This document shows positions 12,845 to 23,116 of a DNA stretch of 64,000 nucleotides, piece after piece. Position 1 is the first letter of the stretch, and each line of letters opens with the position of its first letter. A program made the position numbers and the translations under genes. The stretch is from Harriotta raleighana (taxonomy: Eukaryota): NCBI GenBank assembly GCA_050575255.1, contig JBNZDD010013555.1, positions 1 through 64,000 on the forward strand. The letters run 5' to 3'. The notes under the pieces are model-generated. The model saw only the letters and a list, made by a program, of their open reading frames with translations, did not search any database and was not told the origin of the DNA.

Positions 12845-13270
12845 CAATCAAACAATCAATCAATCAAAATTACATTTATATAGCGCCTTTCACGGTCGGG
12901 AGTACGTCCCAAGGCACTGTACAGTCAAGTAAGGACCAAAGCCGGGGGGGAAGGGGTCGTGGGAAAGAAAGTAGGAAAAATTGACTGTATATTTGTGGGC
13001 AAAACACGGCAGCCAAATTGCGCAAAACAGTGTCCCACAAACAGTCATGTAAGTGGGTTTAAGGGAAAAGGGAGGAAAGATGGCAAGGGGCAAGGGGAGA
13101 GGTCGGGGCAGGAAAAACTGACCATATATTTGATGTAAACTTGTATGTTATTGAATTTATACTTTCTGATCCCGACCCAGCTCGGATCCGAAAAACTGAC
13201 TGTTCAACGCCTTGGGACATCCTCCCAACATAAAAGGAGTTATACTTATTCAATTTTGTTGTTGTTATTG
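12845..13270. mobile_element. Cluster: L2 tail (minus), SINE fragment (minus), L2 tail (plus)
   Basis: Outward-facing L2 type-a tails at ~12860-12930 and ~13190-13268. Confidence 0.65.
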
Positions 13271-13659
13271 ATGCTGCACTGCACATGTTTCTTTCTCTAA
13301 CTCCTTACCTTATACCACAAAGGTCAATTATAACACTCCTAGGTGCTGGTGCGCACGTCCCAGAACAGAATGGCATCATTGTACCTATATGGAGAGCTGA
13401 TGTGTGTACTGTACACTTATACACATACATACTGTATTTGTTTTCAGCTCCTGCAAGTTTGCACTATTCTTTCAGCCTTTGCCATATTAATGAAGTTGAA
13501 GCTAAGTTGCGTGTATAACATACAAGTTAAGCTTGTGTTGAAACTATGTCAAATCAATCAGCATAGCCATCATCACATAAATTATACTCATGAATGAACT
13601 CCTGATAGTCACAGCTGGATACACAGATACACACACACACACAAATACACATAATATAA

Positions 13660-14058
13660 CAATAATAAGAATAATCCTTACATTTGATACAGTAGAGCGC
13701 TTTTCNCGGATACACAGATACACACACACACACACACAAATACACATAAAATAACAATAATAAGAATAATCCTTACATTTGATACAGTAGAGCGCTTTTC
13801 TCGTCTTCTAGACATCTCAAAGCCCTTCACAGAATATACTGTACAATGAATTTACTGTATAAGTTTGTGGGCGAAACGCGGCAGCCAATTGCACACAGCA
13901 GTATCCCACAAACAGTCAGGTATAGAAATGACCTTTTTTGATTCCTTTTTTTGAGGGATTATTATCAGGCATGTGGAGTAAGGACGCTTGCCCAAGGTTC
14001 ACCCATGTCTCTCGCTTGTAAGGCGAGTGCTCTAACCACCGAGCTACAGGATTCCACA
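13660..14058 (-). mobile_element. Full-length tRNA-SINE (tail duplicated across N at 13706)
   Basis: Reversed consensus; duplicated 3' flank with (CA)n. Confidence 0.9.
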
Positions 14059-14849
14059 AATATGTGTTCAACAAGATGATATCAGAGTACTGGAAAATGG
14101 GAAATATATTTTTAGCTTCACACATATGTATGTCATTAGCCAATTAAAATTTTCTCCCATAACTCTCCCATAAAGCCTGCTGGTTATGGTACCATGAAAA
14201 CATCCCACCCATGCGTACATTACACTAGTGCTCATTTTTTACACGTGAGGCCAAACAATGGGATCTAATTTGTGGTGTTTCTCAACAGAATTTTTACTAA
14301 GAATCGGAGGTTATTGAATTTCAAAACAACAACAACAACATTACATTTGTATAGTGTCCTTCACGTTGGTAGGACGTCTCAAAGGTTCTGAGTCAAAAAC
14401 ATTGAATGTGTTGACAATACTTGCACGTTTTAGAAATTCGATAATTAAATATTTATTGTGAAGATATCTCATAAGAAATATCACAGATTACCACAACGAT
14501 GCCAACTCTTACCTTTGACTGCCTCACTTCCATTACTCTGACCAATTCTGAGGCTGAATGTCTACTCCATTGCTAAATTAGCCTCTGAGAATTTGGTTTC
14601 CCCTTTGTTTTCTGCAGAGTAAACAGAGGCATTTAAGATGAATAAATTTGGCAAACAATGGGACATATATTCAAAGCACAGGATGCTTTTTTTTGCAGCA
14701 AGTCCCCAGCCTAGGAAGTAACGAGAAACCACCAAGAATTCACAAAGGAGCCAGACTATTTCCTGTCAATTAAAAATAATCAAGATTATTAGATTTAGAG
14801 ATGCATAGATCAAAGGAATCTTGTGAGATATTGGACTCTAAAATAGATG

Positions 14850-15046
14850 GAAAATGGGGCATTTAAAAAATAATTGGACATGCAAAAGTAGCGGAAAGCC
14901 ATGAAACGGGACGGAGAAAGAATGGGAATTGGGATCAGACTGGATAGTTCGAATCACAGTGGTTATATAATGGAGCACAGTGGAGCAAACATTAACATGG
15001 AAAAATGTGCCAAGTAGCCTCCCGTCGTATCATTCTGTTTCTATGG
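14850..15046 (+). mobile_element. Decayed CR1 3' end
   Basis: catttaaaaaataattggac...ccaagtagcctcc...attctgtttctatg resembles the CR1 3' UTR at 21070-21243. Confidence 0.5.
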
Positions 15047-15234
15047 GATTATGCCAAAATAGTATAAATTGTTACAAAAGTTACTGTTAGAATTACTGTA
15101 TTATGTAAATTTCTTGTTCTGTACAGTATATACTTGGCTCAGACCCTGCAACTCCTGCCTTCGGGTCAGTGAGTTCATAAACAACATCAGGACTTTGAGT
15201 CAAAGTCTCGGATTGACTGTTGCTCCAGTTGACT

Positions 15235-15440
15235 CCTGGAGAGCGGTGGATTGCCTGAGGTGCTGGCTTTCATTTGAAATGTTAAGCCAAAGCTCTGTTG
15301 GCCTTTTCAGGTGGATATTAAAGAACCCTTTAAATGAACCAACATTTGTGGGACATTGCTTTCTGAAAATTGGCTGCCACATTTGCCTGCAATATACACA
15401 GCCACTACACTTTACAGTAATTACCTGTGACGTGCTTTAA
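15235..15440 (+). mobile_element. Old Deu-type SINE fragment
   Basis: gaggtgc..tttcatttgaaatgttaagccaa..caggtggatattaaagaaccc followed by the body/tail remnant. Confidence 0.55.
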
Positions 15441-15699
15441 TCCTTTGCTATATGTTTGATAATGCATCCATGACATTATATCAAGCTTATACCAAATGTT
15501 TACTGTGATACTGTATACTGTAGCTTGAAAATAAGAATGTTCTGATGATTGACCACTACCTCAAACTATTATGTTGTAAATCATGCTTTGCTGACAATCA
15601 CCCCCAAACAATTAGATGTTTTAAAATTTTATAACGATCTTTATATATACTGTACTATGTGCAAAGATCTTGGAATAAAATTTGACCATATGTTGAGAA

Positions 15700-15925
15700 A
15701 TAATGATGGCCAGACATGTTGAATGTGGGAGACCTGTTTTGACATTTACCTCGAGTTGGGAAATCTTGGTGGGAGTGAGGAGAGGGGACAACCAGCGAGG
15801 AAGGGGATAATATGATAAAAACTCATTTTCAAGCTGGTGAGAAATTTTAACTGCTGACCAGACACCAGCCATTCTGGAGTTGATGTTGGAGGCAGAATGG
15901 TAGAGTTGGGTGTCATCCATGCATT
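15700..15925 (-). mobile_element. Decayed L2 reverse transcriptase fragment
   Basis: DDTQLY (YADDTQLY-like) at the start of minus ORF 15621..15920. Confidence 0.5.
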
Positions 15926-16065
15926 AAGAAATGATTCATGGTGAACAGGAATCTGGAATTACTTTTGCTGGATGTGCAAAGATGCATTTATAGCATGGAT
16001 ATAGGCTACTCAGACCAACTATAATAATAATTATTATTATAATAATAATGCTTGCAATTGATATT

Positions 16066-16364
16066 GTGGAGTACTGTAGCTCAGTGGTTAGAGCATTCGC
16101 CTTGCAAACATGAGACCTGTGTTTTTAATCCAGGCAGATCAGGGAAAAACCTTGAGAAGGTTTCCTTACTCCACACGCCCAATAACAATCCATCAAAAGA
16201 AAACACAATAAGAAAATTTGGTCTTTTCACTCCACCACTGTCTGTGGGACGCTGCTGCGTTTCGCCCACAAATATACAGTCAATTCGTTTCACAGTCTAT
16301 TCTGTGAAGCGCTTTGAGATGTCTAGAAGATGTGAAAAGCGCTATATCAAATGCAACGATTATC
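16066..16364 (+). mobile_element. Full-length tRNA-SINE
   Basis: A box TAGCTCAGTGG, degenerate B box, body and tail. Confidence 0.92.
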
Positions 16365-16487
16365 ACTATAGCGCTTTTCATGTCTCCTCGACGTCTGTGA
16401 AGTGAATTGACTGTATATTTGTGGGCGAATAATGTATAATATCACGTCGGGAGGAATTTACAATGGCGGGGACGGGTGCCCGGGCCG

Positions 16488-16650
16488 CAACAGCTTTGAT
16501 TTACACAGCGGCCTCCACGCCGGACAGCGTCTCAGAGCGCATCACGATAGCGGATCCCGGGCCCGAGCCAGGGGGCGGGGGGGGGGGGGGGGGGGGGGGG
16601 GATGGGAGGTGACCAAAGACGCGGTCGAAAAGCAAGGTCCTCAGATGAGA
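16488..16650 (-). mobile_element. L2 3' end (type b) embedded in the promoter CpG island
   Basis: Reverse complement aligns by eye with 24885-25015. Confidence 0.8.
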
Positions 16651-16845
16651 TGTGAAACTAGGAAGAGAGGGGGGAAGGGGGGGGGGGGGGGGGGGGGGGG
16701 GNGTGCAGAGGAGGAGGAGGAGAAGCGTGGGTGAGCTGGGGTGGGGGTGGGTTGCAGGGGGAGTGGGCTGGAGGGGGAGTGGGNTTGGGTGGGACGAGGA
16801 GGAGGAGAGGAGGTCAGAGAGGTGTGGGGGGGCGGGGGGGGGGGG

Positions 16846-17200
16846 NNNNNNNNNNNNNNNNNNNNNNNNNNNNNNNNNNNNNNNNNNNNNNNNNNNNNNN
16901 NNNNNNNNNNNNNNNNNNNNNNNNNNNNNNNNNNNNNNNNNNNNNNNNNNNNNNNNNNNNNNNNNNNNNNNNNNNNNNNNNNNNNNNNNNNNNNNNNNNN
17001 NNNNNNNNNNNNNNNNNNNNNNNNNNNNNNNNNNNNNNNNNNNNNNNNNNNNNNNNNNNNNNNNNNNNNNNNNNNNNNNNNNNNNNNNNNNNNNNNNNNN
17101 NNNNNNNNNNNNNNNNNNNNNNNNNNNNNNNNNNNNNNNNNNNNNNNNNNNNNNNNNNNNNNNNNNNNNNNNNNNNNNNNNNNNNNNNNNNNNNNNNNNN
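16846..17200. other. Assembly gap (run of N) inside the G-rich promoter
   Basis: Continuous N run flanked by poly-G tracts. Confidence 0.99.
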
Positions 17201-17502
17201 GGAGAGGTGGGGGAGGGGGGTCTTGTGTGAACTTGGCTGAGGGACGGATGGCGGAGGGGCAGCCTGTCAGTCAGGGCTGGGCTGGGGGCGGTGATTGGGC
17301 AGAGAGAGGAGGGCTGAGGAGGCGTCTGCCCGGGCGTAGTTTGTAGTGAGAGAAGGAGAGGGAGAGAGAGAGAAGCAGCAGCAGCAGCAGCAGTAGCATT
17401 GCTTAGGAAGAGCATACGACTAGACAGTCTCACTCTCTCTCAGTCACTCACTCACTCACTCACTCACTCAGTGTCTTGCTCGCGGTGTGTCTGTGCGCAA
17501 CG

Positions 17503-17730
17503 ATGTCTGTGTGGAGGAGGAGGAGGAGGAGATGCGCGTTGCTGCTCGAGCTGCTGTTGCTGCTGTTGCTGCAAGCGGTCCCGGTGCTCCCCGTGCCCCG
17601 CAGTGAGCTGTTCCCTCACGGGGAGGGGGTGGGAGACTCGCTGCTGGAGCCTGGGGACGATGCCACCTCCCAGCCTGTCAGGCTGACCCACGCTTTGCAT
17701 TTCTTTGATCGAACAGTCAGCAGCCTGTAT
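17503..17730 (+). CDS. NID1: NID1 exon 1: signal peptide and start of G1 (MSVWRRRRRRCALLLELLLLLLLQAVPVLPVPRSELFPHG...SSLY)
   Basis: ATG with A at -3 (acgATG), Leu-rich h-region, ELFP(H)G nidogen N-terminus; donor TAT|gtgagt, phase 0. Confidence 0.88.
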
Positions 17731-18574
17731 GTGAGTATGCGTTTTATTCACGTGTTTCTGTCCTTTTTTTGGGTGGGTGGGTGTGTGGGTGGGTGATGTT
17801 GTCGGTGTCTAAAGACTTGTTGAGCTTTGGATGGGAGGAGGAGGTGGGTGGGAGGGGGGGAGAGAGAGAGAGAGAAGGACTGACTTGTCCTTAAAAGGCT
17901 TCAGATCCCACAGAAACACCTGGGTTTTGTTTGGGGTGTGTGTGGGGGGGGGTGTGTGTGGGGGGGGGTGTGTGTGGGGGGGGGGTCGAACAAGGTCTAA
18001 CAAAGAATCGGGAGAATTTCCCAGGAATGTGCTGCTGCCACCAGAGACTTGAGTGTCAGGGTTAACCCTGAGGATTTCAGATAAGATTCACTCCAGTTAT
18101 GCAATCTTCCTTTGGGCAATTTCCCCCCCCCTTCTCCCCTTCCCCCNTCTCCCCCTTCCCCCCTCCCCTCTCCCCCCTCCCCTCTCCCCCTCTCCCCTTC
18201 CCCTCTCCCTCTCTCCCCTTCTCCCCTCCACACACACACACCCACACACACCCAACCCTCTTCCAACTCTGGTTTGTCTTGGGTTTCAGTCAAATAAACC
18301 CAAGATGAAGATGAAGACTGATCATCTTCACTCCCCCCCCCCACCCCCCCATCCCTCCCCTCCCCTTTTTTTTAAAATAAGGAAGACATTCCCGGTTTTC
18401 CTAGCTAGTAGATTGGTGGGTGGATTTTTTTGAAATAAAGTTTTTCCCTTTCAGAAATTGTTGCACAACTTAGATAAATCAGCTTTATCTATTTGATCCA
18501 AGCTTTCAAAACGTTTCCCGTAAATCTTCTGGTGGAATCCGATCAAGTATTTAGAGTTTTACACCCTTCCCCCC

Positions 18575-18690
18575 CTCGCCCTGAACATTTTCCCTTGCTC
18601 GGGTCCTGAACCAATCTGTCCAGCGCCTTGGGACGTCCTCCTGACGTGAAACGCGCTCTATAAGTGTAATTTTGTTGTTGTTGTTGTTTG
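18575..18690 (+). mobile_element. L2 3' tail (type a) just upstream of exon 2
   Basis: cagcgccttgggacgtcctcctgacgtgaaacgcgctctataagtgtaatttt(gtt)n. Confidence 0.8.
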
Positions 18691-18744
18691 TGTGTGTGTT
18701 TTCTTCCAAACGCATTTCTCATGTGGTTTCTCTTCGAACCCTAG

Positions 18745-19044
18745 GTTGGCACCAATGGAATCCTCACTCCTCAAGAGCCCCCGCGGGAGGTAGATTATGT
18801 AGATCTATTTCCACCAAGGTTTGGTGCCATTGCCCCATTTCTGGCAGATCTGGACACTTCGGACGGAGTGGGTAAGGTCTTCTACAGGCAGGACTCCAGT
18901 CCACACACCCTCCAGCGTGTTGCACTAATGGTCAACCAAGGCTTTCATCAATTGAGCTTCACTCCAGAGAACGCCTTTATTGCAACTTGGCAGGATGTGA
19001 GTGCTTATAAGGAGTTGCATCGAGGGGACCAACCACAAAACAAG
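18745..19044 (+). CDS. NID1: NID1 exon 2 (G1/NIDO: VGTNGIL...APFLADLDTSDGVGKVFYRQD...RGDQPQNK)
   Basis: ctag|GTT acceptor, AAG|gtattt donor, 300 nt, APFLADLD NIDO-family motif. Confidence 0.95.
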
Positions 19045-19084
19045 GTATTTGAATCAGAACCCACCGATGGATTAAGATTGGTTG

Positions 19085-19297
19085 GGAGGCCTGTAGCTCA
19101 GTGGTTAGAGCACTCGCCTTACATGCATGAGACTTGTGTTCGAATCCAAGCATCTCAGGGGGGTGAAACCTTGGGCAAGTTTCCTTACTCCACACGCCTA
19201 ATAATAATCCCTTAAAAAAACATGACTGTTGGCTGCAATTTCGCCCACAAATATACAGTCAATTCTACATATATCAAATGCAAGGATTATTATTATT
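19085..19297 (+). mobile_element. tRNA-SINE with internal deletions
   Basis: A box, B box GTTCGAATCC, shortened body, (att)n tail. Confidence 0.88.
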
Positions 19298-19674
19298 AAG
19301 ATTTGCCATGTTATTGGGTGAAGAAGAAGTTAGTGAGGCATTCTTAGATTGGGATGATTAATTCTCAAAAAACAGGTTTAAGACGTACTGTATATTCGAA
19401 ATGATCACTTTTGTGGACATTTCTTAAATTCACTCTTAATTTGGAAATTGGTTATTTCAAGAACTCTGAGAACCGGCATCCAAATTGCGTCTTAATTTAA
19501 GAATTTTATTTCATTTGACACAACCTTAAATTTTTAAAGCAAAATAGTCTTTCAGGCTAGGGATGGGTGGAATTCAGTGCCTTCAAAGCAGCAGGTCGGT
19601 CAAAACTGGATGGAGTATTGGATGGACTAACTGGATTAACCAAAATCCTGTGAAAATCTAAATATAATATCTAT

Positions 19675-19788
19675 CCGCGTTTCCCCCACAAATATACAGT
19701 CAATTCAGTTTACAATATATTCTGTGAAGCGCTTTGAGATGTCAATAAGACATGAAAAGCTCGACATCAAATGCAAGGATTATTATTG
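19675..19788 (+). mobile_element. SINE 3' fragment
   Basis: Tail consensus. Confidence 0.8.
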
Positions 19789-20444
19789 CTTTTATATTCT
19801 TTGTCCCACTAAGTAATGCCTGGTGACAACCTAGTGAACCCTTATAGAAATTGCATGTTTTTGGACATAAGAAAAGGACTGTGTTCATCTTCCATACAAG
19901 CCTCTTCACCCCCCTCACCCACCACCAGTACTTACTGTCTTAACTCCCATATGAAGAATGTCAACTTGGCTGAATTATGTGGGGCTGCTGATTAATTATG
20001 TCCTTGCAGCTGTACATCTGACTTTTGAGAGAAAAGTTTTTTTTTCTCTCTTTTGTTTGAAAACAGTTTTTTTAAGGGGATGAAAGAAATAAACTGAATT
20101 CCTAATGAAAGATTTAATAGGTGGATTGATCAAGGAAAGAAGGGTTAGAAAATTGACCATCTAATAGTAAATGATGAAAAAAGAGTAGGTGGAACAAAAG
20201 CAAATTTCTTATTAATACCCCTGAGATACCCCTGCTACACTGCAGCTCTTGAGCTAGTTTTTTTTGCAGGCTTTACTGGATTTCTTTGAGGAATCAGTAC
20301 AGCACAGAGCATTGGGGTTGATATATACACAGATTGCTGTAACGTTCCTGTCTCTTCTTAGTGCCCCCTGAATTATTGCATTGGGAAACATGTACAGACT
20401 TGCAATCGTTCTCAACAGAAACAAAGAATACATGTAGAGCATAG

Positions 20445-21243
20445 GTGTTTCATACAGAGAAGTATGAGGTGATACACTTCGGGAGAAGAAATGAGGGGAG
20501 GCAATAAAGGCTAGATAGTACAATTTTAAGAGGTGTGAAGGAACAGAGAGACCTGGGGATTTGTGTTAGTGACTCTTTGAAGGTGGCAGGACAGGTAGAC
20601 AAAGACATTAAGAAGGCATATGGGATACTAGGCTTTATAAATAGGGGTATAGAATACAAAAGTCAGGAAGTGCTGATTAACCTCTATAGGACTTTGGTTA
20701 GACCTCAGCTGGAGTACTGTGTCCAATTCTGGTCACCACATTTTAGGAAGGATATTAAGGCATTGGAAAGGGTGCAGGAGAGATTTACTAGGATGGTACC
20801 AGGAATGAGGGACTTCAACAAGGAAAGGCTAGATAGGCTAGGCTTATTCTTTCTAGAACAAAGAAGATCGAGAGGAGACCTAATAGAGGTTTATAAGATT
20901 ATAAACAGGGTGAATAGGGAAAGACTGTTTCCACTGGTGGGCGAATTAGTGATCACAGATTTAAAATAATTTCAAAACGAAGCAGAGGGGAGCTGAGGAG
21001 AAATTTTTTCACTTGGCGGGCTGTTCGAATCTGGAATACATTGCCTGAAAAGGTGGTGGAGGCCGATTCGATAACAACTTTTAAAAGAGAATTGGGTGGT
21101 TATTTGGGGAGGATGGGTTTGCAGGATTATGAGGAGAGAGCTGGGGAGTGGGATTGACTTTGAATTGCTCGTTTCAAAGAGCCGGTGCAGACTCGATGGG
21201 CCCAATGGCCTCCTTTTGTGCCGTAAAATTTGATGATTCTATA
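20445..21243 (+). mobile_element. 5'-truncated CR1-type LINE (ORF2 C-terminus and 3' UTR)
   Basis: EQRDLGI...AYGILGFINRGIEYKS..LYRTLVRPQLEYCVQFWSP..LERVQERFTRM..RGDLIEVYKI, ending in a gattctat tail. Confidence 0.92.
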
Positions 21244-21269
21244 TTCATGAGTCTTGGATATATGGGAAA

Positions 21270-21455
21270 ATAATACTAATCCTTGCATTCGATATAGCCC
21301 TTTTCACATCTTATCAATGTCTCAAAGCGCTTCACCGAATATACTGTAAAGTAAATTGTGGGAGAGCGAAACGCGGCAGCCAATTATGCACAGCAGTGTT
21401 CCCACAAACAGCTGTGCAATGAAAATGACCCAATTTTTTTTATTATAGGTTATTT
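21270..21455 (-). mobile_element. 5'-truncated tRNA-SINE
   Basis: Reversed tail and body. Confidence 0.85.
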
Positions 21456-21758
21456 TTGGACTTGGTTCTTAATGCTTACTTCCTACACAATTGCAGCCCA
21501 TAGTTACTAACCAGAGGCAGTGTGCTTGCCTTTCTACAGTCAACTACATGGAGCCAAGAAGAGTCAAGTTCCCATTATGATTCTCTCTCCCCGCGCCCTC
21601 CCCCAATGTTTACCTGATCACCCGCAGACCAATTGTTTCAGATTAATAATCTCTCTGTGTATGTTTCCAGGCTCTCTGGTCTCTTAAGGCAGAGACCGCT
21701 TACTTAGTGTAACTTCAGTTATTGTTGTAACAATCCTAATTGTTTTGTTTGCCATCAG

Positions 21759-22000
21759 AGAAACACCTTCCAAGCTGTTCTAGCTTCAGATGACTCCACT
21801 TCCTACGCTATCTTTCTGTATCCTGAGGATGGCTTGCAGTTTTATGGCACCCATTCCAAAGCCGCAAATCACATTGACTTAGAACTGCCTGCCAGAGTTG
21901 GCTTCAGCAGGGGAGAGAGCAGCTTTGTACTGTTTACAATCAAAGGACCATCTTATGCAGTTACATCCAGCAGTGAGCAGTCTGTCAAGAACCTTTATCA
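21759..22000 (+). CDS. NID1: NID1 exon 3 (NIDO: [28 protein letters not shown]...SVKNLY)
   Basis: catcag|AGA acceptor, CA|gtaag donor (phase 2), [13 protein letters not shown] motif. Translated by hand; not in the ORF track. Confidence 0.95.
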
Positions 22001-22889
22001 GTAAGAAAACTATATTTTTGGACGAACTTAAAATTCTTGCGTCTTTAATTTTTTTTTCTCTCTTGGTTTTCTCTCTTTCTCTTCCCTCATCCTCTCCTCC
22101 CACCCCCTGAAAAAGCATTGAGGTGTGGATTGCGGTTCCATTAATTCTGGCTATATTCTGAGACCTTGTCCAAGTTGTTATATTCTGATTCAGAGCAGAC
22201 AGTGAGTGTCGGCTGACATACTGTACAGGGTGGGTTGATCGAAACCAACATCCAATCGTGGATGTACCAGCAGGGATCATTGAATAGAATGCAGAGTCCA
22301 CATTTTGTTATGTTAACCCTCTCCAGCCCAGGGAATTCTGAGACCAATTATAGTTTTCCAGACTGATGCCCAGGTGGAGATCAGCCTCTTACCCAGTTCA
22401 TTTGTTCAGCAAACAGCCCATACATCAGTGTTAGCCTGCAAAGTTACCCTATTCTGTCAGAGATTGCTGCAAAAGTGTGCTGGTATAACCACTCAGTTTG
22501 CTTTCCCAGCTTACTCAATCAGTCTTTTAGAAAGCAAAGTGTTCAGTGTAACACTCAATCATATAAGTCAAGAAGATCCCAGGTTTCATTATTGGTTGGT
22601 GCTGACTTTGCTGAAATCAGCCCCAGAACATATTGAGGCACAGTGCAACAGGCTTGAGGGGGGGCAGCATGGCCAATTCCTGTTCTGACGTGGATAACAG
22701 TGAGGGAACTTCAGTTGGCTGAACGTCACTGGACTGAGGAGGGGAATACTCATAATCACTATCTAGGGCTTGCTTGTTGGAAAGTTTACGAGTGTAGAAA
22801 GAATTATTAGGCAGATCAGTGCTTCAATAGCTTGCCAGAATCTGCTCTGGATTCTTGTATGATAAATGGCTGCTTATAATAATAGTAAT

Positions 22890-23116
22890 TTCTCATCTTT
22901 CAGCCACCCTGCACCCAACCTCTGGAACTCCATCCCGCAATCCCTCCGCCTCACCCCCTCCCTGGCCTCCTTCAAGTCCGGCCTCAAGACCCTCCTCTTC
23001 GACGGTTCCATCGGCCACTCCAAATCTCTCCCTTTCCTTCCTTACAGCGCCTTAGGACGTCCCACTTACGTGAAAGGCTCTATACAAGTGTAATTTGTTG
23101 TTGTTGTTGTTGTTGC
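22890..23116 (+). mobile_element. L2 3' end (type a)
   Basis: SFSHPAPNLWNSIP..FKSGLKTLLF L2 ORF2 C-terminus and (ttg)n tail. Confidence 0.88.

Larger units (their letters stand above)
16440..17730 (+). promoter_or_regulatory. GC/CpG-rich promoter and 5' UTR region of NID1
   Basis: CpG-rich stretch in an otherwise AT-rich, CpG-poor window. GC box GGGGCGG at 17285-17291, inverted CCAAT (ATTGG) at 17294-17298, and (GA)n, (GCA)n and (CTCA)n repeats before the ATG. TSS not determinable. Confidence 0.65.

Noticed and set aside
1-16400. Exons of an upstream neighbouring gene
   Set aside because: No ORF with recognisable similarity or a convincing splice-bounded exon was seen on either strand. Small or non-coding exons cannot be excluded.
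16432-17433. Long ORFs on both strands over the promoter
   Set aside because: They are open only because of poly-G tracts and the N gap.
20535-20969. 144-aa RT-related ORF as an active gene
   Set aside because: It is a 5'-truncated CR1 ORF2 C-terminus with deletions and no catalytic core.
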